Positions 37,594-46,799 of a stretch of 64,000 nt of DNA are shown here, piece after piece. Origin of the DNA: an uncultured Rhabdochlamydiaceae bacterium (GTDB taxonomy: Bacteria > Chlamydiota > Chlamydiia > Chlamydiales > Rhabdochlamydiaceae); the NCBI GenBank assembly GCA_963712275.1, contig CAVQHD010000001.1:576001-640000 (forward strand). Reading direction: 5' to 3'. The translations under genes and the position numbers were made by a program. The notes beneath the pieces were generated by a model. The model did no database searches, was not told where the DNA came from, and saw nothing but the letters and a program-made list of their open reading frames with translations. Position 1 is the stretch's first letter. Each line of letters starts with the position of its first letter.

Positions 37594-38700
37594 ATGGCTA
37601 AAAAAAACCCACCAGCCACCAAAAAAACCGAAATATCTTCAGCAAATTACACGAAATTTATTACTTCCCTTAAAACCAAGATTCGATCCGCCCAAATCAA
37701 GGCAGCGGTCGCCGTCAACAGCGAACTAATCAAGCTATGTTGGGAGATTGGAAAGGAAATAGTTGAAAAACAAGAGCGAGAGGGATGGGGCAGTGGAGTT
37801 CTGGAGCGGGTGGCCAAAGACCTCCAAAATGAGTTTCCCGGCATTGAAGGGTTTTCTAGGGCTAATGTCTTTAGAATGAAGGCTTTTTTTACTGCCTACG
37901 AAAAAGTCGCACAAGCTGTGCGACAATTGGAATCTCTGCCTATTTTTTTGATCCCATGGGGTCACAATATTCTCCTACTTCAAAAAACAAAAGATGCCAA
38001 CGAACGCCTTTGGTACGCCTCTAAAGTCATAGAACATGGTTGGAGCAGGAGCGTGCTCACAATTTGGATTGAAAATGGCCTATACCGTAGGGAAGGAAAG
38101 GCAATTACAAACTTTAAGGCAGTCTTGCCGCCCTTTCAATCAGATTTAGCGCAGCAAACTACGAAAGATCCTTACGTCTTCGACTTTATTACCCTACACA
38201 AGGAGCATTTAGAAAAAGACCTAGAGAGAGAGCTGGTTAACAATATCCAAAAGTGCCTGATCGAACTAGGGCAAGGATTTGCATTTGTTGGGAAGCAATA
38301 CCCGATCAAGGCTGGTAAAAAAGACCTGTACATCGATTTGCTATTTTACCATCTAAATTTGAGGTGTTACATAGTCGTCGAGCTTAAGGCTGGAGAATTC
38401 GATAGTCGCGATGCCGGACAAATGAGCGCCTACCTTTCAGCAGTAGACGATCAGCTCCGAAATGAAGATGATAAACCAACTATCGGACTCATCTTTTGCA
38501 AGACAAAGGACAACGTGTTTGTGGAATATGTCCTAAGAAACTTCAATCGCCCAATGGGAGTGGCTGAATTTGAAGTAAAATTAGTTGAAAAGCTCCCGAA
38601 AGACCTGAAGTCAAGACTTCCTACAATAGAAGAAATTGAGGCCGAACTAAGCGTTATGTCCACTGAAAAGAAGAAGTCCTCAACAAAGAAAAAGTCTTGA
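37594..38700 (+). CDS. DUF1016 / YhcG-family PD-(D/E)XK protein
   Basis: W.IG..I, GWG, GFS..N...M, IPWGHN, KDPYVFDF, ELGQGFAFVGKQ, IDLLFYHLNLRCYIVVELK. Confidence 0.93.
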   Translation: MAKKNPPATKKTEISSANYTKFITSLKTKIRSAQIKAAVAVNSELIKLCWEIGKEIVEKQEREGWGSGVLERVAKDLQNEFPGIEGFSRANVFRMKAFFTAYEKVAQAVRQLESLPIFLIPWGHNILLLQKTKDANERLWYASKVIEHGWSRSVLTIWIENGLYRREGKAITNFKAVLPPFQSDLAQQTTKDPYVFDFITLHKEHLEKDLERELVNNIQKCLIELGQGFAFVGKQYPIKAGKKDLYIDLLFYHLNLRCYIVVELKAGEFDSRDAGQMSAYLSAVDDQLRNEDDKPTIGLIFCKTKDNVFVEYVLRNFNRPMGVAEFEVKLVEKLPKDLKSRLPTIEEIEAELSVMSTEKKKSSTKKKS

Positions 38701-38761
38701 AGCCGTCGGTTTTCCAGCAACTTTCCCAAGTAAATAGAGCTATCGATAGCTTCATTAAGTC

Positions 38762-39478
38762 TTATTGATGTTTAATTAGGGCATTGATCAATTGCAGGCG
38801 AAGAGATGGGTTGGGGAGGATGCAACACTCACTTTGGAGGCTAAAGGTCGCGAATTTAGGAGAAAGAGCGCTAGCTTGGATTTCATGGTCGGTCATACAG
38901 AGAATGATGGGCAGGGGTACTTTTTTCTTTAGACGGGAAAAGAGAAGGTGTTTGTAGCAGAGCCTCAAGAGAAAAAAAGAGAGAGGGACAGAGCAGATCA
39001 AGGGAATCCAGGGAAATAAAAATAGGGCAGAGGCAAATAAGAAAAATTCCCATCGGCGCTCAAAAAGAGGCCCCAGCCATCGTTTCCAACGGCTGGAGGA
39101 AGCTGCATAGGCTAAAAATTCTTCAAATTTTGGTTCATTAAAAGTTTCTCGAGCTGCGTGAATGGCTTCATGAAGCAGAATTTCCTCCCGAGAGTTATTC
39201 CACAGGTTTTTGGATCTGAGTTGAATGAAAGGAAGCCCATTTTCAGTGGTTGCAAAGAGAGCCCCTTCCCAAGGGAGAAGGTGCTGAGATGAAAAATGAA
39301 TCGGGACCCAGTCAATGGAAAAGCCCCACGTGCTAAAGAGGGCTGGAGCGATTTGCCTCCACTCGGGGGATGGGAGGGGAGGTCTTGCCTCAGCACGCTT
39401 TAGAAAAGCCTCTTCTGACTCATCGGGTCCAGGAATCAATCCTTGCCGAAAGAAGGCAAGGAGCTTGTCAGCTTCCAT
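38762..39478 (-). CDS. Conserved hypothetical membrane protein with HExxH motif
   Basis: GLIPGPDESEEAF, HEAIHAAR, FEEFLAY, C-terminal TM segments. Confidence 0.7.
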   Translation of the reverse strand: MEADKLLAFFRQGLIPGPDESEEAFLKRAEARPPLPSPEWRQIAPALFSTWGFSIDWVPIHFSSQHLLPWEGALFATTENGLPFIQLRSKNLWNNSREEILLHEAIHAARETFNEPKFEEFLAYAASSSRWKRWLGPLFERRWEFFLFASALFLFPWIPLICSVPLSFFLLRLCYKHLLFSRLKKKVPLPIILCMTDHEIQASALSPKFATFSLQSECCILPNPSLRLQLINALIKHQ

Positions 39479-40532
39479 CGGCTCGGGCTACTTTCCGATA
39501 TTTAAGGAAAAGGAGGGTAAAGCCAATCACATTAATAAAAGAAAAAGCGCCAAAAACAAGAAGAATTTTGTTGGTTTTCTTGGAGATTTTAATGAGCCTT
39601 TCTCTCACAATCTTTTCAAATTCCGACTCGTTATCAAACCATGTTCCTTTGTAGAGATGGCGGCAAAAAATCGCAAGCCGATCTTCAGGCGCATTGAAGT
39701 AAAAGGCAGGAAAGGCAATGTCGCGGTTCCCTTCTTTATTGGCCAGGAGTTTGAAGGACTCTCCCAGGACATAAAATGTTCGGTGGGAGATTCTATTAAT
39801 CACTGCGTCGCGATCTTTGCCAGGGTAATCGTGTTCAATTCGATCCCACTCCCGTCCTAGCCATTCCATCACCCGTTTTAAGATCGGGTGTCCAGGGCGA
39901 GAGCCGACTAAGTTATTGGTCGGTAAGACAGAAGAACTAAGAGAGGTTTGGTAAGGCATTTCCATTCCGCAAAATAAATCATAAGCGCGGCATAGAGGTT
40001 CAAAGGGTTGAAAGCATTTAACATCATGGTCGACATAGATCCCCCCTTCCTGATAGAGAATCTCATATCTTAGAAGGTCTGATTTTTCTGCATAGTTATC
40101 GGATTTTTTATAACAGTCAAAGAGTTGAATGAATTGAAGGTCTTGAACACGAGCGAGTACCATTTGTTTGTGAGGAAGGGGGCGGTCTCGATCGGTCCAA
40201 AATTTGATGGTCCAATCAGGATTTTTTGCAATCCAGCTGCGAACATTTTCAATCGATTCCCGAGGAAATGGCTTAGGGCCAACCCAAATAAAGTGGAGCA
40301 CTTTAGGGATATGAAGCATTGTCGATTTTGCCTCTAGGAAAGGGATATTTTTCTCAAAGACAGACTTAAAAAATTGAAGATTTTCAAAGTCCTCTACAGT
40401 TTGGACATGTTTCCACGCGGGAAAGCCGCGCCCCATCAATGCTTCGAAATCATGTTTATCTAGCTTCTGCTCTGTTTTAGAACATCCCCATAAGAGAGGG
40501 AGGAGGACAAGTGCCCAAACCCATTTTTTCAT
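39468..40532 (-). CDS. Glycosyltransferase, DXD/GT32 (OCH1-like) family, with lipoprotein signal and C-terminal TM helix
   Basis: IPKVLHFIWVG, KSDLLRYEILYQEGGIYVDHD; LWGC lipobox. Confidence 0.88.
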   Translation of the reverse strand: MKKWVWALVLLPLLWGCSKTEQKLDKHDFEALMGRGFPAWKHVQTVEDFENLQFFKSVFEKNIPFLEAKSTMLHIPKVLHFIWVGPKPFPRESIENVRSWIAKNPDWTIKFWTDRDRPLPHKQMVLARVQDLQFIQLFDCYKKSDNYAEKSDLLRYEILYQEGGIYVDHDVKCFQPFEPLCRAYDLFCGMEMPYQTSLSSSVLPTNNLVGSRPGHPILKRVMEWLGREWDRIEHDYPGKDRDAVINRISHRTFYVLGESFKLLANKEGNRDIAFPAFYFNAPEDRLAIFCRHLYKGTWFDNESEFEKIVRERLIKISKKTNKILLVFGAFSFINVIGFTLLFLKYRKVARADGS

Positions 40533-41602
40533 TGAGATCTCCTGATTCTTAGAAAAAATAACCCAAAACAGATTAAAAGCAAACTTGAAGTCATTGTGGC
40601 GGCTTGGAAAAGGGAGAGGTGGTGAAATTTTTTTTCGATTTTAGAGAGGCTCTGCCAAGTCTCTTTTTCAAAGCGAGCCCGGTCTGATTTTCCTCCTGCC
40701 CAACTATTTGCAAAGAAATGTTGAGATAAAACGGGCTTCAGCCCCTTTTTAGCAAAGAAAAAAGCAGCGGGAAACACAATATCGATGTTTCCCGGTTTGT
40801 CGAGTTCGAGCTGGATTGCTTCAGTGAGAGGAAGGTAGGTTCGCTCAATCACCACTTGGGTTGGGTGGGAATACTCATTTTTGGCAAGCTTTTCAGCAAT
40901 TGGATCCCACCGCTCTTCAATGAGCTCGATAACTTTTTTAACCACAGGATGAAAAGGGCGTGAGGCGATGACTCCATTTCCTGCAGTGAGATTACGATGA
41001 ACAAAAGGGGGATGGGGAGCTTCAAGGCCGCAAAAAAAGTCATAGGCATGGTGATAAGGGTCGAAAGGAGTGAGACAATTGGCGTCGTGATCAACGTAGA
41101 TCCCTCCTTGCTGATAGAGAATTTCAAAACGGAGAATGTCTGACTTTTCTCCCCAGTTTTCTGAGGCAATATAACACCGCTCGAGGAATGGAAAGGGGTA
41201 ATCTTTGATCATAATGGTTTCCATTCCATGGCACGGCGGGTCGCGAGGGCGGTCTGTCCAAAACTTGAAAGTCCATCCGGGGTTTTGAGCCATCCAGGAT
41301 CGAACGTTGGCAACGGAGCTTGGAGGAAAGGGGCGAGGGCCCAGCCAGATAAAATGGACGACTTTAGGAATTTTCAAAGAACCTTTTGGCAGCTGAATAA
41401 GGGGTGCATGGCGATGGTAGAGCTTGCGGAAGTTTTCCAACGCTGCGATCTCGCTTTCTTGGCGCAGATGGGACCAATGTTTGGTTTTTGAGCCCATCCA
41501 GACATCAAAAGGGTCGTCGGATGTCGCCTGAATGGGAGCGGTAAACAGCAGCAGCAGAAATGTAACTAAAAAGCTAATGTCTCGTTTCATCTTGAGGTAC
41601 AA
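40529..41602 (-). CDS. Glycosyltransferase, DXD/GT32 family; tandem paralog
   Basis: IPKVVHFIWLG, KSDILRFEILYQQGGIYVDHD; signal peptide and C-terminal TM helix. Confidence 0.88.
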   Translation of the reverse strand: MYLKMKRDISFLVTFLLLLFTAPIQATSDDPFDVWMGSKTKHWSHLRQESEIAALENFRKLYHRHAPLIQLPKGSLKIPKVVHFIWLGPRPFPPSSVANVRSWMAQNPGWTFKFWTDRPRDPPCHGMETIMIKDYPFPFLERCYIASENWGEKSDILRFEILYQQGGIYVDHDANCLTPFDPYHHAYDFFCGLEAPHPPFVHRNLTAGNGVIASRPFHPVVKKVIELIEERWDPIAEKLAKNEYSHPTQVVIERTYLPLTEAIQLELDKPGNIDIVFPAAFFFAKKGLKPVLSQHFFANSWAGGKSDRARFEKETWQSLSKIEKKFHHLSLFQAATMTSSLLLICFGLFFLRIRRSQ

Positions 41603-43064
41603 AGTTAATCAAAGCATCGAGTTGAGAAGCATGAACATGATAGTGCTCTAGCGGTTTTATGTCGAGTTTTAATCCACTGAGAAAAATGGTCAGAAGCTCT
41701 TCTGACGTGTATCGTTCTGAAAGACGTTCGGTTGGGATATGGACAACCTTTGAAGTATCATAGTAAATCCCGACTCCACTCAGCTTTGCCTTGAGATTCC
41801 ATAAGCTATCCAGTGACCTCGGGTGGATAAATTTGAGCGAAGTCAAAAACCCTTTAATATCTTTTTTCCTGTAGAGGGTTAGATCGGTATTGTAGGGGTG
41901 CTTCCACTCTCCTTTGCCTACAGAGAATTGCCATGCAAAAGCCTTCTCATGGACTGAAATGGAGGGAAGGTCTTCTAAATCTCGCCCTAGATGATAAAAA
42001 ATGCCGACAGCCCCTGTTTTTTCCATATCATCGATCCCTTCTTGGACATCGATAAAGTCTCGAACAACCATATTATCAACTGCAAAGGCGACATAGGCAT
42101 TAGGAGATTCAAATGCAGCTTGTAGGAGAAGAGGTTTAAAATCTTTCTCTGGAAAGTCTCCTTGCTTGAGATATTTCACATGAGGGAACCGTTTCATCAC
42201 AAGCTCATACCCTTTTTCATAGGCAGGTGATGAGACCCTGTAAATGACAGAGATGTGGTCGACGGAAGAGACGAACTGATGAACCGATTCCAAAAATGCG
42301 TGAAGTTGAAGCGGCTTGTTATAGGAGAGAACCACAAGATCTAAGCGAGCAGTCGGGTCAACTTTTCCGGGGTTATAACGGGGATAGGGTTTTCTAGAGC
42401 GGGCAATCCAGGAATAGCCATAACTTTTTCCTTCGATAAAGTGCCCCCTCAGGCGCCGGACATGCCGGCCGGCAAGTTCAAAAAGACGATTTTCCGGTTT
42501 GCAATTTTCAGAAAAGGCGCCCATCTCTAAAAAATCTTGCAGTTTGATCTTTTGAAACAGCGTTGCATATCCGGTCAGCACGCCATTTTGAGCCCATTTT
42601 TTAATATCTCCTTGAAAGGCCAGCCACGCGGAAGATCCTTCATAGAGCTCTTTAAGGCGGCTCAGCGCAGTGATATCAAGAGACTCTGTCGCGGGGAAGA
42701 GCACGATAATATCTTTCGAGGGGATCGAATGAATCCATCGATAAAAAAGTTCTTGCGGACCGCTGCCGTCGCAGAGTTTAACAAAGCGGTTCGGGAACTT
42801 GTCAATCCACACTTGAACATCTGGGTAAGAGGCTTCTTCTGCTGTGATCGCAACTCGAAACAAAGAATAGGTTTGTTGTGACAGACTGATAAACTTTTTT
42901 TCTCGAGCCTGGGCGTCAGCAGTTGGGGTAGAAAAAATTTGAAAAAACGGAAGTTCTTTAGCAGCATAGGTGCTACAGGACGAGTCTTGTCTCCACCCTA
43001 TCCATAGAAGCGCAGCGCCGGCTAGCAAGATCGCCATTCCGATCAAGGTCCATCTTTTTTTCAC
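41574..43064 (-). CDS. Membrane-anchored protein with glycosyltransferase-like (GT-A) domain(s)
   Basis: N-terminal TM helix; DLVVLSYNKPLQLHAFLES and VAFAVDN motifs; in an operon with two GT32 genes. Confidence 0.6.
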   Translation of the reverse strand: MKKRWTLIGMAILLAGAALLWIGWRQDSSCSTYAAKELPFFQIFSTPTADAQAREKKFISLSQQTYSLFRVAITAEEASYPDVQVWIDKFPNRFVKLCDGSGPQELFYRWIHSIPSKDIIVLFPATESLDITALSRLKELYEGSSAWLAFQGDIKKWAQNGVLTGYATLFQKIKLQDFLEMGAFSENCKPENRLFELAGRHVRRLRGHFIEGKSYGYSWIARSRKPYPRYNPGKVDPTARLDLVVLSYNKPLQLHAFLESVHQFVSSVDHISVIYRVSSPAYEKGYELVMKRFPHVKYLKQGDFPEKDFKPLLLQAAFESPNAYVAFAVDNMVVRDFIDVQEGIDDMEKTGAVGIFYHLGRDLEDLPSISVHEKAFAWQFSVGKGEWKHPYNTDLTLYRKKDIKGFLTSLKFIHPRSLDSLWNLKAKLSGVGIYYDTSKVVHIPTERLSERYTSEELLTIFLSGLKLDIKPLEHYHVHASQLDALINFVPQDETRH

Positions 43065-43099
43065 AAAGCCTCCACCTAATTATTTTTTTTTAGGATACC

Positions 43100-43261
43100 T
43101 AAAGGGGGTTTACAAAACCAGGTTTCGTCGCTTTTTGAGCCAATTTTCGCTTTATTTGGTGGGGGTAATATACGAAGTTGATTAACCCCCACCAAATAAA
43201 GCGAAAATTGGCTCAAAAAGCCCCAAAAAACGACAGAAACTGGCTTTGTAAACACCCTTTA
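43100..43261. mobile_element. Palindromic MITE family B, copy 2
   Basis: TAAAGGGGGTTTACAAAACCAG / CTGGCTTTGTAAACACCCTTTA ends; GAGCCAATTTTCGCTTTATTTGGTGGGGGT / ACCCCCACCAAATAAAGCGAAAATTGGCTC inner stem. Confidence 0.88.
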
Positions 43262-43352
43262 AGATGTCCATTTTAATGAATGGGTAGAGAGCATTTCTTG
43301 CATAAAATGGCGGTTTAATGATATCAACCACTCAACTATTGTTTGTAAAAAA

Positions 43353-45860
43353 ATGAAAAAAGCCCTTGTTGTTGTTGAATCTCCAGCTAAAATCAAAACA
43401 CTTAAAAAAATTCTGGGGCCTCGGTATGCCGTGGAATCGTCTGTTGGGCACATCCGTGATTTGCCTCGGAAGGGGTTTGGTATCAATATTAAGGATGATT
43501 TTGAGCCTGAGTATGTCCTTCTAGAAGAGAAAAAAGAGGTCATTGAGCGGCTTAAAAAAGCAGCCAAAGAAGCAGAGATGGTCTACCTATCCCCCGACCC
43601 TGATCGAGAGGGAGAAGCGATTGCATGGCATATTAAGTCGATTTTGCCTGCAAAAACAAAAGTCAAACGCGTCACGTTCAATGCGATTACCAAAGAAACC
43701 GTCCTTGAAGCTCTTAAACACCCGCGTGATATTGATCAGGCGCTTGTCGATGCTCAGCAGTCGCGTCGATTGTTAGATCGGATCGTTGGCTATAAAATTT
43801 CTCCGATTTTAACGCGTCGTGTTCAAGGAGGCAAGCAAGGGGGGCTGTCAGCAGGTCGCGTGCAGTCGGTTGCTCTTAAACTCGTCGTCGATCGAGAAAA
43901 AAATATCGAAGCTTTTATTCCAGTTGAATATTGGTCGATTTTTGTCAATTTTCAAGCAAAAAAACAAGACTCTCCTTTTGTTGCGACCCTTTTTTCAGTT
44001 GATGGGAAAAAAATTGAGAAAGAAAGCATCGAAGGAAAAGATGTTTTTTTAATTCCCAATGAAAAAGTTGCAAAATCTCTTGTTTCAAGATTGAAATTGT
44101 CTCAATTTAAAGTGATCGATGTTGAAAAAAAAGAAAGAAGGCGCAACCCAGTCGCTCCCTTTATTACATCCACGCTCCAGCAAGAAGCGAGCCGCCATTT
44201 TGGGTTTTCTGCAACCCGAACTATGAATATTGCTCAAACTCTATATGAAGGGGTCGAGCTCGGGCAGGAAGGATCCGAAGGGCTGATTACCTACATGCGT
44301 ACAGATTCTGTCCGGATCTCCCCAGAGGCGATCAGTGCTCTTCGAGAGTATATTGTTAAGACATATGGAAAAGAGTACCTTCCGGAAGAGGTACGTATTT
44401 TTTCCACTAAAAAAAACGCCCAGGATGCTCACGAAGCCATCAGACCAACCAGTCTGCAATATGCTCCAGAAAAAATTCAGAAATATTTGAACTCTGATCA
44501 ACAGAAGCTTTATACTCTGATCTGGAGACGATTTATTGCTTCGCAAATGAACCCAGCGGTTTACGACACGGTCTCATGTGATATTGAAGCAAGTCAAAAA
44601 ATGGTCTTAAGAGCCACAGGTTCTGTCATCAAATTTTCCGGATTTTTAGCTGTTTACGAAGAGAAACAAGATCGTGCGTCCGAGGGGGATAAAAAAGAGG
44701 ATGAAGATAAATTGCTTCCTCCTCTTATTATTGGTCAATCCTTGACGCCTCTCAGCATCACCCCGGAGCAATCATTTACCAAACCCCCTCCACGGTTCAC
44801 AGAGGCATCTCTTGTAAAAGAGCTGGAGAGGCTAGGCATCGGCCGTCCCTCTACCTATGCAACCATCATGCAAAAAATTCAGAGCCGGGACTACACAGTC
44901 AAAGACAAGGGAGCCTTAAAACCAACCGAGCTCGGGTGTGTGATTGCTCGGATGCTTGAAGACAACTTTAAACTCATTATGGATGTCGGCTTCACAGCAA
45001 CCATGGAAGATGCGCTTGAGCTCGTGGCAGAAAATAAAATTCAATGGAAAGAGCTCCTTTCCGAATTTTGGAAAGAGTTCATTCCCACGGTGGAAAATGC
45101 TGAAAAAGAGGCATTTGTTCCTAAAGTTTTAACAGATCTTAAATGCCCTAAATGCAGCCATAAACTTCAAAAGATTTGGTCTCGCAATAAATATTTCTAC
45201 GGCTGCTCCAATTATCCTGATTGTGATTACACAGCTCCTATTGAAGCGCTCGACTTTAAGAAGGAAGATTATGCGCCCGGCTTCGATTGGGATCAGCCGT
45301 GTCCCAAGTGTCAAAGTTCCATGAAGCTCCGATTTGGACGGTTCGGCCCCTTCCTTGGCTGCGAGAATTACCCCAAGTGTAAAGGGATCGTCAACATTCC
45401 GAAAAAAGGGGAGCCGCTTCCCGCTGAGATGCCCTCCTGCCCCGCCGTCGGGTGCGATGGGAAAATGACCCAGCGGCAATCCCGTTTTGGAAAGCCATTT
45501 TTCTCGTGCACCAACTATCCCGACTGCGATGTGATTGTCAATTCCTTAGATGATCTAGAGACCAAGTATGTCAACCACCCAAAAACTCCCTACGTCAAAA
45601 AAACCAAGGGAGGCAGGTGGGGTAAAAAAGGGGGCGCTCTCTCCATCTCGGATGAACTAAAAGCTGTCGTCGGAGAAGAAGTCGCATCCCGCGGCGATGT
45701 CACTAAAAAAATCTGGGAGTACATCAAAAAGCACAAGCTTCAGGATCCTAAAAACAAGCGGCAGATCGTTCCTGACGCAAAGCTAGCTAAAGTGTTTGGT
45801 TCAAAAAAATCGATCGACATGATGCAGCTCGCCAGAGTCCTAGCTCCTCACTTCAAATAG
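43353..45860 (+). CDS. topA: DNA topoisomerase I with zinc ribbons and C-terminal SWIB domain
   Basis: [48 protein letters not shown]-like [19 protein letters not shown]. Confidence 0.98.
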   Translation: MKKALVVVESPAKIKTLKKILGPRYAVESSVGHIRDLPRKGFGINIKDDFEPEYVLLEEKKEVIERLKKAAKEAEMVYLSPDPDREGEAIAWHIKSILPAKTKVKRVTFNAITKETVLEALKHPRDIDQALVDAQQSRRLLDRIVGYKISPILTRRVQGGKQGGLSAGRVQSVALKLVVDREKNIEAFIPVEYWSIFVNFQAKKQDSPFVATLFSVDGKKIEKESIEGKDVFLIPNEKVAKSLVSRLKLSQFKVIDVEKKERRRNPVAPFITSTLQQEASRHFGFSATRTMNIAQTLYEGVELGQEGSEGLITYMRTDSVRISPEAISALREYIVKTYGKEYLPEEVRIFSTKKNAQDAHEAIRPTSLQYAPEKIQKYLNSDQQKLYTLIWRRFIASQMNPAVYDTVSCDIEASQKMVLRATGSVIKFSGFLAVYEEKQDRASEGDKKEDEDKLLPPLIIGQSLTPLSITPEQSFTKPPPRFTEASLVKELERLGIGRPSTYATIMQKIQSRDYTVKDKGALKPTELGCVIARMLEDNFKLIMDVGFTATMEDALELVAENKIQWKELLSEFWKEFIPTVENAEKEAFVPKVLTDLKCPKCSHKLQKIWSRNKYFYGCSNYPDCDYTAPIEALDFKKEDYAPGFDWDQPCPKCQSSMKLRFGRFGPFLGCENYPKCKGIVNIPKKGEPLPAEMPSCPAVGCDGKMTQRQSRFGKPFFSCTNYPDCDVIVNSLDDLETKYVNHPKTPYVKKTKGGRWGKKGGALSISDELKAVVGEEVASRGDVTKKIWEYIKKHKLQDPKNKRQIVPDAKLAKVFGSKKSIDMMQLARVLAPHFK

Positions 45861-45861
45861 T

Positions 45862-46017
45862 ATGCCGCTCAAGAAAGGAAAGAGCCCTAAGATTATCTCC
45901 GACAATATCCGGGAGCTCATTGCCGCAGGCCATCCCCAAAAACAAGCCGTAGCAATTGCCTTGAGCGAGGCGCGCCGGTCAGGCAGCAAAGCGCGGAGAA
46001 AGAAGAAAAAGAGCTAG
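45862..46017 (+). CDS. Small basic protein (51 aa), DUF6496-like
   Basis: Manual translation [51 protein letters not shown]; below the ORF-track length cut-off. Confidence 0.8.
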   Translation: MPLKKGKSPKIISDNIRELIAAGHPQKQAVAIALSEARRSGSKARRKKKKS

Positions 46018-46034
46018 AGCAGCGGAGTAAATAG

Positions 46035-46526
46035 ATGGAAACAAAAAGAATGAAACGATTCACTTACGAAGGCTTGGGATTTCCTGTTACTTTGATCAAT
46101 GTCTCTCTAGTGAAAAAGAGAGGCATTTGGACACCAGCTATCGATTATAACAAGTTGCAAAAAGAGGTGCTTTTAGCATTAACTCATAAGCGTGTTGGGT
46201 TGACAGGGAATGAGATCCACTTTGTCCGTACTTATTTCGAGATGACACTTGAGAGTTTTGGAAAACATTTTGGTATCACGCATGCTGCTGTTTTAACCTG
46301 GGAGAAAATGGGCGACAAGCCAGCAAAAATTAATCCAACTACAGATCTCTGTGTTCGTCTATTTATTCTCGAGAAATTGAATATGAGTAACCAAGTTTTC
46401 CGAGATGCTTTTCGAGAATTTGACATTGAAGGTATTGCTAAGGCTTTCAAGACGTCTTCCCTCAAAACCAGACCAGTTACACTACCTGGTGCACATGTTG
46501 CAAAGCGCTTATATGCGCGTGCTTAA
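46035..46526 (+). CDS. XRE-type HTH protein (MqsA/HigA-like)
   Basis: LTGNEIHFVRTYFEMTLESFGKHFGITHAAVLTWEK; GGAG ribosome-binding site. Confidence 0.8.
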   Translation: METKRMKRFTYEGLGFPVTLINVSLVKKRGIWTPAIDYNKLQKEVLLALTHKRVGLTGNEIHFVRTYFEMTLESFGKHFGITHAAVLTWEKMGDKPAKINPTTDLCVRLFILEKLNMSNQVFRDAFREFDIEGIAKAFKTSSLKTRPVTLPGAHVAKRLYARA

Positions 46527-46799
46527 CTGGTTGGCAGAGGTAAAAACAGCTTAGGGAGGGGGTTTTGCGCGCTCTCTCTAAATATTATTCCCGGCACGCA
46601 TCAGGGCGTTAACTTATAAAAAGCATGAAAAAAATCTGAAGGAACCACACAAGGCTCTTTAAAAAGTTTAACCCATTCCTTATGTACAGGATAGCTATTT
46701 TCAGAGTAGAAAATTCCGTCGTAAGGAACAGTTGTTTTTGTCCAACATTTAAAGTAAAAATAGGAGGACAATCGTTCAGCTTCATTAAAATATTCAATG

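Noticed and set aside
33064..38700. AAA/DUF4143 and DUF1016 genes as a defence island or prophage
   Set aside because: They are solitary, separated by conserved housekeeping genes, with no integrase or phage structural genes
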